Source of the DNA: Spirochaetia bacterium
GTDB taxonomy: Bacteria > Spirochaetota > Spirochaetia > SZUA-6 > Bin103
Assembly (NCBI GenBank): GCA_965208575.1
Contig: CBDBOV010000001.1
Location: 416,001-480,000 of the forward strand
DNA: 64,000 bases
Direction: 5' to 3'
Each line of letters opens with the position of its first letter. The stretch's first letter is position 1. A program made the position numbers and the translations under genes. Below the pieces are notes generated by a model, which saw only the letters and a program-made list of their open reading frames with translations, had not been told where the DNA came from and did not search any database. Positions 9,666-19,088 of the stretch are shown here, piece after piece.

Positions 9666-10723
9666 CGCTCGGCCCCGTCATCGGCCCTGGCGTCGGCTTC
9701 GTCGCCCGCCTCGGTTTCGTCGCCGGGGACCTCGTCCCCTTCCTCGGCCAGGTCGTCCGCGCCGCCGTCATCGTCCTCGTCGTCGTCTTCGTCGTCGATC
9801 TCGTCGCCGTCCGCGGTGGTGAGCTGCAGGAAGATCTCCTCCAGGCTCATGGTCACCGTCTCCATGCCGGTCAACGTCCAGCCGCTCGCCACGATGGCGG
9901 CGGTGATCTCGCCGTGCGGCTGCTCGCCGGCGGCGAACTCCACCATGTGGTCCGGGTCGCTCCAGGTCACGCCGGCGACGCCGGGTACCGCTTCGAGCAC
10001 CGCGGCCACCGCGTCGGTCGGACCGTCCACGTTCAGCCGCAACCGCTCCGCCCCGCTCACCATGGCAGACAGCCGGTCGATGCTGTCCTCGGCCACGATG
10101 CGGCCCTGGTGGATGATGATTACCCGCTCGCACACCATGCTCACCTCGGGCAGGATGTGGCTGGACAGGAGAATGGTACGGTTTTCGCCCAGGTCCCTGA
10201 TCAACTGGCGCGTCTGCGACACCTGGATCGGGTCGATGCCGATGGTCGGCTCGTCGAGAATGAGCACCTCGGGGTCATGGATGATCGACTGCGCCAGCCC
10301 GACGCGCTGGCGGAAACCCTTGGACAGTTTCGCCAGGTGGACGTTGTAGTATTCCTCGAGCGCGCACTGCTCGACCACGTCGTCGACGCGACCGCGCACG
10401 GCGCGCCGTTCCACTCCGCGCAACCGGGCCACGTACTCCAGGTAGGCGCGGGTGGTCATGTCGGTGTACAGCGGCACCACCTCCGGCAGGTAGCCGATGT
10501 GGCGCCGTCCCTGCAGCGACTCGGTGGCCATGTTGTGCTCGCCCACCCACGCGTCGCCGCGGGTGGGCATCAGGAACCCGGTGATGATGCGCATGGTGGT
10601 CGACTTGCCGGCGCCGTTGGGCCCCAGGAAACCGACGATCTCACCCTGCTCGACCGAGAAGCTGATGTCGTCCACGGCGAGGCGCTCGCCATAGTACTTG
10701 GTAAGGTTTTCGATACGTATCAT
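9662..10723 (-). CDS. GldA-like ABC transporter ATP-binding protein with acidic C-terminal tail
   Basis: GPNGAGKST, LSKGFRQRVGLA, LDEPTIGIDP, SSHIL, SLEEIFL. Confidence 0.92.
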   Translation of the reverse strand: MIRIENLTKYYGERLAVDDISFSVEQGEIVGFLGPNGAGKSTTMRIITGFLMPTRGDAWVGEHNMATESLQGRRHIGYLPEVVPLYTDMTTRAYLEYVARLRGVERRAVRGRVDDVVEQCALEEYYNVHLAKLSKGFRQRVGLAQSIIHDPEVLILDEPTIGIDPIQVSQTRQLIRDLGENRTILLSSHILPEVSMVCERVIIIHQGRIVAEDSIDRLSAMVSGAERLRLNVDGPTDAVAAVLEAVPGVAGVTWSDPDHMVEFAAGEQPHGEITAAIVASGWTLTGMETVTMSLEEIFLQLTTADGDEIDDEDDDEDDDGGADDLAEEGDEVPGDETEAGDEADARADDGAER

Positions 10724-10756
10724 GGTGATTGCGGATCGCGTTGGCGATCAATCGAG

Positions 10757-10785
10757 ACGTTATGCGTCTGCGAGCGCCATGTCAA
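10757..10785 (-). promoter_or_regulatory. Sigma70-type promoter for the gldA-like operon
   Basis: Minus strand reads TTGACA-17 bp-TAACGT, about 35 nt upstream of ATG 10723. Confidence 0.65.
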
Positions 10786-10815
10786 CGATGCCCGCTGCAG
10801 GGTACCCGCTGCAGC

Positions 10816-10841
10816 CGTCCGCTGCGCGCGCGCAGCGGACG
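10816..10841. terminator. Perfect 26-bp palindrome, probable hairpin/terminator downstream of the nitroreductase gene
   Basis: CGTCCGCTGCGCG|CGCGCAGCGGACG; no U-tract, so the terminator role is uncertain. Confidence 0.45.
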
Positions 10842-10875
10842 CGCCGTCCAAAACGCCCGCGCCGCGTCCGTGGGC

Positions 10876-11469
10876 TCAGCCGGCGCACAGGGTGCCGCGG
10901 TGTGCGATTTCGCCCACCGGCTTGCGGTCGTTCGGCTGCTCGCGCTCCCGGAGCTCGCCGGGCAGCGCGTCGCGCGGGCCGATGCGGCCGGCGGCGAATC
11001 CGCACATCACGGTGTAGCGTTCGGCATCCACGCCGAGCCGGTCGTGAGCGGCCTCCCGGTCGATGCCGGCCATGGCGTGGGTGTAGAGCCCCAGCGCCCG
11101 CGCCTGCAGCGCCAGCGCCATCCAGGCCGCGCCGGTGTCGAACTGGGCGGTGCGCGGCTCGCGGCCGTCGGGGAGGCGCGTGTTGGCGTAGATGAATCCC
11201 ACCAGCGGCGCCTTCGATGCCCAGGCGCGGTTGCGCGGCATCAGGATCGAGTCGAACACCGGACGCTCGGGGCCGTCGGTCTCGTACAGGAACAGCCACG
11301 GCTGCCCGTTGAACGACGACGGCGCCCAGCGCGCGCCTTCGAACAGGGAGGCGATCTCGTTGTCGCCGAGCGGATCGGGGGAGAACGAGCGCGGCGACCA
11401 GCGCCCGATGATCAGGTCATCCACCGCCGCCGAAGCGACGCGCCCGGATTGGTCTTGGTGCGTTGTCAT
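10876..11469 (-). CDS. Nitroreductase family protein
   Basis: RWSPRSF, EGARWAPSSFNGQPW, FDTGAAWMALALQA, HAMAGID. Confidence 0.92.
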   Translation of the reverse strand: MTTHQDQSGRVASAAVDDLIIGRWSPRSFSPDPLGDNEIASLFEGARWAPSSFNGQPWLFLYETDGPERPVFDSILMPRNRAWASKAPLVGFIYANTRLPDGREPRTAQFDTGAAWMALALQARALGLYTHAMAGIDREAAHDRLGVDAERYTVMCGFAAGRIGPRDALPGELREREQPNDRKPVGEIAHRGTLCAG

Positions 11470-11585
11470 GGATAGCAGAACCGTACCGGCTTGCTGGCAG
11501 TGTGTCGATACAACCGCTGCCGCGGGTGCCGCGGTGTGATGTGTGCGCGATCGGAGCACGGCGGGCAGGCGGGCGCCGAGCCCGT

Positions 11586-12665
11586 TCAAGGTTCGGTGAG
11601 GCGTGCCTGGAGGCAGGAGCCGTAGTCGGCGGCGATCGCGTCCGGCAATTCAATGGCTACGCTCCGCCGCTCCAGCAGGCTCGTGTTCAGCGCCTCCAAC
11701 ACGGAGGCGTTCACCACCGACTGCACCAGCGGCACCAGCGGTTGCGCACGGCCGGCGGCGGCCTGCGCGAAGTTGTCGAGTTGCAGCGCGTAGGAGTTGG
11801 CCGGCTCCACCGCATGTTCCTCTCGCTCGATCTCGGCAAACCGGGGGCTCCCAATCCTGGTCACGCTGGTCACCGCGTCCAGGGACCAGGCGACCGGGAG
11901 ATGCAGCGCGCCGTGCGAGCCGGAGATCAGCAGCTCCTGGCTGAATGACGACCGCCTGCTGCTCTCGACCACGCCGATGCGCCCGTTCTCGTACTCCACG
12001 ACACCGGCGAGCCGGTTGATGGTGCCGTAGCGCTCGCTCACCGAGCCGGTCGCGCTGGCCCGCAGCGGCGGTGAGGCGGCGAAGTGCCCGCAGGCATTGA
12101 CCGCATAGCAGGCCAGGTCGTACGGCACGCCGCCGGCCGTTTCCTTGCGCTGGCGCCAGTTCCTGGTGTCGTCGTCGGGCGATTCCAGCTCCGCATCCCA
12201 CAGGTTGAAGACGGCGCGCACGTAGTCCACCTCGCCCACGGCCCCGGCTGCGATCCGCCGCTCGATGGTCCGGATCGCGGGATGGTGCCGGTACATGAAC
12301 CCTTCCATGATCAGCGCCCCGGCGGCGCGCGCAAGCTCGTAGATCTCGCTCGCCTCCGCGCCGGTCACCGCCAGCGCCTTCTCGCACAGGATGTAGCGTA
12401 CCCCCACGGACAGGCAGGTCTCGATCTGGGCGCGGTGCAGGTTGGGCCAGGTCGCCAGCAGCACGGCGTTCGGCGACTCCGAGTCGAGCAGCGCTTCGAG
12501 GCTTGCGTACGTGCGCTCGGCTCCGTACGTGGCGGCCCAGTCGCGGGCGCGTGCTGCGTCGATGTCGCAGCAGGCGGCGAACCGCACCCTCCCGCCGCCG
12601 AGGCTCAGCGCCGCGCGGGCATGGGCGTGCGAGATGCCGCCGCAGCCGACCATGGCAATCTCCAT
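11586..12665 (-). CDS. Gfo/Idh/MocA family oxidoreductase
   Basis: VGCGGISHAH, ILCEKAL, EGFMYRHHP, GGVPYDLACY; AAGGAGG upstream of ATG 12665. Confidence 0.92.
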   Translation of the reverse strand: MEIAMVGCGGISHAHARAALSLGGGRVRFAACCDIDAARARDWAATYGAERTYASLEALLDSESPNAVLLATWPNLHRAQIETCLSVGVRYILCEKALAVTGAEASEIYELARAAGALIMEGFMYRHHPAIRTIERRIAAGAVGEVDYVRAVFNLWDAELESPDDDTRNWRQRKETAGGVPYDLACYAVNACGHFAASPPLRASATGSVSERYGTINRLAGVVEYENGRIGVVESSRRSSFSQELLISGSHGALHLPVAWSLDAVTSVTRIGSPRFAEIEREEHAVEPANSYALQLDNFAQAAAGRAQPLVPLVQSVVNASVLEALNTSLLERRSVAIELPDAIAADYGSCLQARLTEP

Positions 12666-12832
12666 GCTTCGGTCATCCTCCTTGGTGTATCCCGCCTCGT
12701 CAACCTGGCGGCTCGACCGCCCGCGCGGACCGCGCAGTGACCGGCAGCGCAGCCGGCCGCGACACCGGCTGCATTGATCGAGGCGCGATGCCGGCTCCAC
12801 CACGGGCCGCGATATCGTGCTATCGTCGCGTC

Positions 12833-13621
12833 ATGACTCAGGAAGTTGCACGGCAGACGCGGGAGCAGATGATCCGCGACGGGTTCTGCGTGGTGCCGGA
12901 CGTGCTGACGGACGCGTTCGTGGCACAGTTGCGGGAAGAAACCGCCCGCCTGAACGCGACCGAGGCGCATCACCCCGACACCAGGTACCAGGGCACCCAC
13001 CTCGGCATCAAGTACGCCGACAACCCGATCATGCGCCGGCTCGCCGAGTGGCCGCCCGCGCGCCAGGCGCTCGCGGAACTGGGGTTCGGCGACTTCGTCC
13101 ACAGGGACGCCCTGCTGGTCCTCACCAAGCCGGCGCGCGGGCCGGCGCTGTACTGGCACCAGGACTGGATGCAGTGGAACGACCCGCTGAGCTGCACGCC
13201 GTGGCCGCAGACCATCTTCGTGTCCTACTACCTGGAGGGCACCAGCGTCGAGAACGGGTGTCTGAAAATCATCCCCGGCACGCACCGCAAGCGCATTCCG
13301 CTGCATGACATCCTGGTGACCGCGCACGAGCAGGGCGCCCGGTTCATCGAAGAGGACCACCCGGTCATGTTCAGCGATCACCCGGACCAGGTGGACGTGG
13401 AGGTAGGGCCGCGCGACCTGGTGCTCGCCGATGCGCGCGTTCTGCACGCCGCATACAAGAACCAGACCGACGAGCCGCGTGACCTGCTGCTGCTGTGGCA
13501 CCGCCGCCCCGACACGGTGCCGGAATACTGGCAGGGCGAGGTCCCGCCGGTCATCGCCGACCGCGACCCCGGCGCCGAGTACGAACCCACCCGCATCCCC
13601 GGCAAGTACCTCACCGCGTGA
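12833..13621 (+). CDS. Phytanoyl-CoA dioxygenase (PhyH) family Fe/2OG dioxygenase
   Basis: RDGFCVVPDVL, WHQDW (HxD), NGCLKIIPGTH, distal His in RVLHAA. Confidence 0.9.
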   Translation: MTQEVARQTREQMIRDGFCVVPDVLTDAFVAQLREETARLNATEAHHPDTRYQGTHLGIKYADNPIMRRLAEWPPARQALAELGFGDFVHRDALLVLTKPARGPALYWHQDWMQWNDPLSCTPWPQTIFVSYYLEGTSVENGCLKIIPGTHRKRIPLHDILVTAHEQGARFIEEDHPVMFSDHPDQVDVEVGPRDLVLADARVLHAAYKNQTDEPRDLLLLWHRRPDTVPEYWQGEVPPVIADRDPGAEYEPTRIPGKYLTA

Positions 13622-13648
13622 TCATGGGGGTATGGTTAAGTTGAGCAA

Positions 13649-15028
13649 ATGAGCAAATCCATTCTTCAGGAGCGAGCTGAACGGGCAGCCAAGCTGTTTC
13701 GCGATAGGGCTCGAAAGCCCTTGGTAATTGAATTCGCAGGAGTACCAAAGGCGGGAAAGACTAGCACGCTCAATCAAGTACAGGCGTTTCTGAAGCGTTG
13801 CGGATTCCGAACCGAGGTAGTGGTGGAGCGTGCTTCAGTGTGTCCGATTCGTGACAAGAAACATGCGAACTTCAATATCTGGACGTTATGCACGACTCTT
13901 GCTCAGATCCTCGAGAAGACGCAAGAGCCTCCCAGGTCCGACGATCCGCAAATGCTCTTCCTGGACCGTGGATTATTTGATTCGATTTGCTGGCTCACCA
14001 TGATGGAGCGGATCTCGCGGATCCGTAGCGAGGACAGGGAGATCATTCAGAGTTTTCTTTCCATCGGCGACTGGCGGAAACGAATCTCTGCAGTGTTCAT
14101 GATGTTAGCGTCTCCATCTGACGCGATGAACCGTGAGCAGGGAGTACTTCCGGTGATTGGATCGGATGGTTCAATTATGAATCATGAGATCCTACAACAG
14201 ATAAAGGAAGTCAATAAGGAGTGCGCTGAACTGCTCAAACACGACTTCAGGATATATCCAATCAACACCTCGGAAGGTGAAACGAGGGGGAATCCCAAGC
14301 GTACAGCGGAGGTAGTTGCCGAAATCACCGTCGGTCTGATTGAAGAACACATCGCCGAAGAGATCCTGTCGTATCCGAGAGGTCTTGTCACCAAAGCGTT
14401 TTCCGACCGAAATTTCATTTCCTGGGAACGCGCAGGCGAGTTTCTTCGGAAATCTGGTGAGTCTGATTTCAGGGATCGAGATCAGGTCGAGATCGACGAA
14501 TCCAGAGTGCAAGCTCTTCCTATAGTTGTCGTTCGGAAGGCTGACGGCGACGTGCTTCGTCTTCGGCGCCGTGAAAGGACAAGCGACAAAACACTCCACG
14601 ATAAGGTCGTACTGTGGGCTGGTGGACATGTGCGAAGAGAGGATGCCGTCAATGGGGATCCTCTCATTCGCTGTGCGGTGCGGGAACTTGAGGAGGAGTT
14701 GCGACTCCAGATACGTCCGCAAGATCTCTCTCCGATTGGGGCAATCTATTTCGACAATGGAGGAAGCACATCGAAGCACGTCGCAATTGCATACGAATGG
14801 CGTGCCACAACGAATGATGTTTCCGTGGTTCTCAGCCGATCGGAGTTCATCGAAAGACGAGGAACTTCGCTAAGTGGACGGTTTGCCGCCGTAGATGAAC
14901 TAGTCGACTGTGTCAAGGCGAAAACGCTGAAGGAGCCGTGGTCCGTCGAGTTGGTACGCGAGTACTTGGCTAAGGGGACAATCGACGAGGGCATGAGTCT
15001 GTTCAGTATAGAATCGCCGGTGAATTGA
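13649..15028 (+). CDS. P-loop nucleotide-kinase-like + NUDIX hydrolase fusion protein on a low-GC insert
   Basis: IEFAGVPKAGKTS (Walker A), LFLDRG (thymidylate-kinase-like DR motif), Nudix box GGHVRREDAVNGDPLIRCAVRELEEEL; sampled 60-nt lines 47-58% GC. Confidence 0.85.
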   Translation: MSKSILQERAERAAKLFRDRARKPLVIEFAGVPKAGKTSTLNQVQAFLKRCGFRTEVVVERASVCPIRDKKHANFNIWTLCTTLAQILEKTQEPPRSDDPQMLFLDRGLFDSICWLTMMERISRIRSEDREIIQSFLSIGDWRKRISAVFMMLASPSDAMNREQGVLPVIGSDGSIMNHEILQQIKEVNKECAELLKHDFRIYPINTSEGETRGNPKRTAEVVAEITVGLIEEHIAEEILSYPRGLVTKAFSDRNFISWERAGEFLRKSGESDFRDRDQVEIDESRVQALPIVVVRKADGDVLRLRRRERTSDKTLHDKVVLWAGGHVRREDAVNGDPLIRCAVRELEEELRLQIRPQDLSPIGAIYFDNGGSTSKHVAIAYEWRATTNDVSVVLSRSEFIERRGTSLSGRFAAVDELVDCVKAKTLKEPWSVELVREYLAKGTIDEGMSLFSIESPVN

Positions 15029-15104
15029 TTCGGTGCTTTGCAGAGGGTTAACGTGGCGATTGATGGATGCGGTATGGATATGCAGGCGCAAGACTCCATT
15101 CCTG

Positions 15105-15647
15105 TCAGTGCAGCGCGGCGAGGGCGGCGAGGACGCTGCGGGTGTAGCCGGGTTGAAGTTCGATCAGGTGGGTGCCGAACCAGAACACGGGGTGGTGGGA
15201 CGCAACGATGAACTGGTAGCCCTGCGCGCAGGCGGCGTCGATGGTGGCCTTGATGCGCTGCACGGCGGCGAAGTCCTGGCCCGCCTCCGGTTCGTCGACC
15301 AGCAGGGTCATTCCACGCGGGCCGGCGGGCAGGGCGGCGAGCGCCTGGCGGATGATCTGGCCGTGCGAGGAGAAGCTTCCGCGCAGGCGCAGCGCCATCT
15401 CGGCCGGGGTGGCGGCCGGCGTCGAGAGGATTCGCGGGTTCATCCGCTCGGTGTCGAACAGGTGGATCTCGTTGCTGCCGTCGAACTGCAGCCGGCAGTC
15501 GCCGCCGTCGAGCAGCGCCTTGATGATGGTGCTCTTGCCGGAGCCGTTGGGGCCGGCGAGGGTGTTCAGGCCGGGGGCGAATCGCAGCGGGCTCTTGCGC
15601 CGCACCCGGCGCTGCCACTTGAACTGCAGCTCCGCCGACACGATCAC
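15105..15647 (-). CDS. Small stand-alone ABC-type ATPase (COG3910-like)
   Basis: GPNGSGKST, SSHGQ signature variant, LLVDEPEAG, ASHHP. Confidence 0.75.
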   Translation of the reverse strand: MIVSAELQFKWQRRVRRKSPLRFAPGLNTLAGPNGSGKSTIIKALLDGGDCRLQFDGSNEIHLFDTERMNPRILSTPAATPAEMALRLRGSFSSHGQIIRQALAALPAGPRGMTLLVDEPEAGQDFAAVQRIKATIDAACAQGYQFIVASHHPVFWFGTHLIELQPGYTRSVLAALAALH

Positions 15648-15874
15648 GCCGCGGCCTCGGGCGTCCGGCGGCGCGGCAGCCGGCGCTCCTGCGGCGGCTG
15701 CCGCCCTGCTGGCAGGATCACGCGGCCGGCGAACGACGGGACCGGGATGCGGGACTCATGGTGCTACCTTTCCCGCTGTCTCGCTGCACGTCAACCGGGC
15801 GCCGCCTCACGTTGCGGACCGAAACCGGTGGACCGCGTGGCGGGGAGTCGAGTTGTCGGTTTACAGTGGCGGCC

Positions 15875-16900
15875 ATGAGTTCTCAGGTAGCGCAGTATAC
15901 GGCCGCCGTTGCCGCGGGCAACGACTTGACGGCCGACGAGGCGCGGGCGTGCGCCGATGCGGTGTTCGCAGGCGCGGCGACCGAGCTGGACCAGGTGGTG
16001 GCGTTGCTGCAGGCGCTGGCCGAAAAGGGGGAGACGGCAGGCGAGGTGACCGGGTTCGCGCGCGCCATCCTGGAGCGGGCCACGCCGGCTCCCGCCGGGG
16101 TGCGCGGGCGCGGCGTGGACCTGGCCGGCACCGGCGGCAGCGGGCTGGCGCGGTTCAACGTGTCCACCGCAGCGGCATTCACGGTGGCCGCCGCGGGCAC
16201 GGCGGTGGTCAAGCACGGCAACCGCGGCTCCCGCCAACCCAACGGCAGCTTCGACTTTCTCGATGCGCTGGGCATCGAATACGACATGGCGCCGGAGGCG
16301 ATGGAGCGCTGCTTCGCGGACACCGGGCTGGCGTTCTTCTTCGCACGTGCCTGGCACCCGGCGATGGCCGCGGTGGCGCCGGCGCGGCAGCAGGTGGCGC
16401 GGCGCACCATTTTCAACCTGGCGGCACCGCTGTGCAATCCGGCGCGGCCGCCCTACCAGTTCATGGGCGCGAGCAGCGTGGCCGCGGCGGAGTTGCTGAT
16501 CGAAGTGCTCGCCGACCTCGGCCGCCGCCGCGCCCTGGTGGTGTGCGGCGCGCCGGGCATCGACGACCTGTCGATCGCCGGGCCCACGGAGGTGTTCACG
16601 CTCGACGCCGGCACCGTGCGGCGAGACACCGTGAGCCCCGACCAGTTCGGCATCGCCCCGGTTCCGTACGACGCCCTGCCCGCCGGCAGCGGCGAGGAGA
16701 ACGCCGCATTGTTCACCGACCTCATTGCCGCCGGTGCCGGGCCGTCGTCCCTGATCGACCTGATGTGTCTCAACGCGGGGGCGGCATTGTTCTGTGCGGA
16801 GGCCGCTGACAGCATTGCAGCCGGTTGTGCGGCCGCCCGCGCGGCGTTCGCCGATGGCGGCGTGGCGCGCAAGGTGGCGCAGTACCGGGAGCACCGTTAG
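15875..16900 (+). CDS. trpD: Anthranilate phosphoribosyltransferase
   Basis: KGETAGEVTGFA, GTGGSG...FNVST, VKHGNRGS, RTIFNL..PLCNP, LNAGAAL. Confidence 0.92.
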   Translation: MSSQVAQYTAAVAAGNDLTADEARACADAVFAGAATELDQVVALLQALAEKGETAGEVTGFARAILERATPAPAGVRGRGVDLAGTGGSGLARFNVSTAAAFTVAAAGTAVVKHGNRGSRQPNGSFDFLDALGIEYDMAPEAMERCFADTGLAFFFARAWHPAMAAVAPARQQVARRTIFNLAAPLCNPARPPYQFMGASSVAAAELLIEVLADLGRRRALVVCGAPGIDDLSIAGPTEVFTLDAGTVRRDTVSPDQFGIAPVPYDALPAGSGEENAALFTDLIAAGAGPSSLIDLMCLNAGAALFCAEAADSIAAGCAAARAAFADGGVARKVAQYREHR

Positions 16901-16950
16901 GCGGGTCCGTCCGGTAGCGGCCGGCACCAGCTTGCGCCGTCGTGGACAGG

Positions 16951-17265
16951 TCAGTCCGCGCGGGCGATGTGGAGCAGCACGGTGAACTCCTCGTAGCAGT
17001 CGCCGCAACGGCGCAGGTGGTCGGCAACCAGCGGGCCGAGCGCGTTGATGTCGCCGCCGCCGGACACCAGGTCCACGAGACGGTCGAGCTCGGAAAAGCA
17101 CTCCTCACAGGACATCTCCCGTTCGCCGGTGCGCGCTACCATGGCGCCCATCCCCCTGAGGAACATGCGTAGCGGCATCTGCGGGTCCCCGAGAGGTGGG
17201 CGCCCGAGCATGCCGCCGGCGGCGCGCTGCAGGCGGCTCAACAGTGGTGCATCATGTGCGGCCAT
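16951..17265 (-). CDS. Small soluble zinc-finger (zf-HC2/ZAS) anti-sigma-like protein
   Basis: CEECFSELD...HLRRCGDCYEEF (HxxxCxxC); directly downstream of the ECF sigma gene; start uncertain. Confidence 0.75.
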   Translation of the reverse strand: MAAHDAPLLSRLQRAAGGMLGRPPLGDPQMPLRMFLRGMGAMVARTGEREMSCEECFSELDRLVDLVSGGGDINALGPLVADHLRRCGDCYEEFTVLLHIARAD

Positions 17266-17358
17266 GGATACGCTCTCTCATCCTGACGCGCCTTCCCGCG
17301 CCGAGCTTACCAATGGAACGCGCGTTCCCTTTCCTGTCGCGCGCCATCCGGCTGCGCG

Positions 17359-18003
17359 TCAGCCGAACACCCGCAGCAACTGCTCGTGGCTGAAGCCGTC
17401 TGCGGTCAGCTTGCGGCGCAATCTGCGGCGCGCATCGTGCAGCAGCTTGTACATGGCGTTGCGGGTGCTGCCCATGCGGCGGGCCACTTCCTCCAGCGGC
17501 ATGCCGTAGATTCCCACCGCCAGCAGCGCGCGCCGCTGCCGTTCGGTCAACTCGTCGTGGATGTAGCGGTGCAGGAGGGCGGTGACGGCTTTCTTGTCGG
17601 CTGCCTGCGCGGGACCCGGCGCCGGATCGGCAAACTCCACCGGCCGCCAATCATCGGGAGACGCGGCCAGCGCATCGAGCGAGACGTCCTGCCACCGCTT
17701 GCGCCGCAACTCGGTGAGCGCCACGCGCACCGCAATCTTGTGCGCCCAGGTGGTGAACCGGCTCTGGTCCCGGAACGAGTCCAGTTGATCGAGGATCTTG
17801 AGCAGCGCCTCCTGCACGAAGTCTTCCGCCTGCGAGTCGAACTCGCGTCCGCTCGCCCTGATCCGGCGCAACAGCCCGCGGCGCAGGCCGGCCACCAGGA
17901 TCCGGCGCAGGTCGGCAATGGCGGCATCGCGGGCCGGCCCCGCCGCCTGGAGATCGGCCACCCACCGCGCATTGGATCGCCCTGCCAACTGTGCTTCCGG
18001 CAT
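17359..18003 (-). CDS. ECF sigma-70 family RNA polymerase sigma factor
   Basis: AEDFVQEAL, SRFTTWAHKIA (region 2); LTERQR...EEVARRMG...YKLLHDARRRL (region 4). Confidence 0.93.
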   Translation of the reverse strand: MPEAQLAGRSNARWVADLQAAGPARDAAIADLRRILVAGLRRGLLRRIRASGREFDSQAEDFVQEALLKILDQLDSFRDQSRFTTWAHKIAVRVALTELRRKRWQDVSLDALAASPDDWRPVEFADPAPGPAQAADKKAVTALLHRYIHDELTERQRRALLAVGIYGMPLEEVARRMGSTRNAMYKLLHDARRRLRRKLTADGFSHEQLLRVFG

Positions 18004-18163
18004 CGGCTCTCGACAATGGTAGCGCAACCCACCTGTGCTGCAAAGTCGGACGGGGTGCAGGGGGGGTGCAGTCTGGTGCAGGGGGGTGGTGCCGGTTCCC
18101 CAACCGCGGGGTGGACGAGTACTGTTGGAGCCGTACCACGACAGGTTCAAGGGAGAGAACGTA

Positions 18164-18955
18164 ATGGCGATTCGGGTAACGGTGTGGAACGAGTTCGTGC
18201 ACGAGCAGAACAACGACTTCGTGCGCAGCATCTATCCGCACGGGATTCATGAGCAGATCGGCGGCTACCTCCGGCGGCAGCCGGGCCTGGAGGTGGCGAC
18301 CGCGACGCTGGAGCAGCCGGACCACGGCCTGACCGAGGCGGTGCTTGGCAACACCGACGTGCTGATCTGGTGGGGCCACGCGGCGCACCGCAAGGTGCGC
18401 GACGACATCGTGGACCGCGTGCAGGAGCGCATCCTGGCGGGGATGGGACTGGTGGTGCTGCACTCGGGACACTTTTCGAAGATTTTCAAGCGCATGATGG
18501 GGACCAGTTGCGGGCTGTGCTGGCGCGAGGCGGCGGAGCGGGAGCGGCTGTGGGTGGTCAATCCCAATCATCCCATCACCCGCGGCTGCGGGCGCTACAT
18601 CGAGATTCCGAACGCCGAAATGTACGGCGAGCACTTCGACATACCGGAGCCTGACGAACTGCTGTTCGTGAGCTGGTTCGAGGGCGGCGAGGTGTTCCGC
18701 AGCGGCGCCGTCTGGCACCGCGGGCGCGGCAAGATCTTCTACTTCCGTCCCGGCCACGAAACCTATCCGATCTTCCACCACGACGGCGTGCTGCACGTCA
18801 TCGCCAACGGCGTGCGCTGGTGTGCGTTCGACGGCAACACCGAGACCGTTGGCATCGGCGTGGCGCGCAATATCCCGGAGCCGATCGAGGAGTTGAGCCC
18901 GAAGGACTACGTGGAGGGCGAGATCGAGCATCCGTCCGAATCGCTGGCGCGCTAG
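18164..18955 (+). CDS. thuA: ThuA (trehalose utilization) domain protein
   Basis: [46 protein letters not shown]. Confidence 0.9.
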   Translation: MAIRVTVWNEFVHEQNNDFVRSIYPHGIHEQIGGYLRRQPGLEVATATLEQPDHGLTEAVLGNTDVLIWWGHAAHRKVRDDIVDRVQERILAGMGLVVLHSGHFSKIFKRMMGTSCGLCWREAAERERLWVVNPNHPITRGCGRYIEIPNAEMYGEHFDIPEPDELLFVSWFEGGEVFRSGAVWHRGRGKIFYFRPGHETYPIFHHDGVLHVIANGVRWCAFDGNTETVGIGVARNIPEPIEELSPKDYVEGEIEHPSESLAR

Positions 18956-19088
18956 TAGCCCGTGGCGAAAAACCCGGCGTCGCGCCGCTCGAATGCGGCG
19001 GGAATTCGCCACGGCTGTACGCTGCTGGCGCCGGGAACCGGCCCGGAAGGCGTATGATTCGCCGCGCCGGAAGCGTCCAGAGGGTGTG

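Noticed and set aside
7420-10723. Gliding motility or T9SS locus
   Set aside because: GldA/F/G-like modules are widespread in non-gliding bacteria and no other gld/spr genes are in the window
18960-19014. Nested hairpin after thuA as a riboswitch or ncRNA
   Set aside because: Only a 10-bp outer and 6-bp inner stem in GC-rich DNA, with no known riboswitch motif; more likely a 3'-end hairpin
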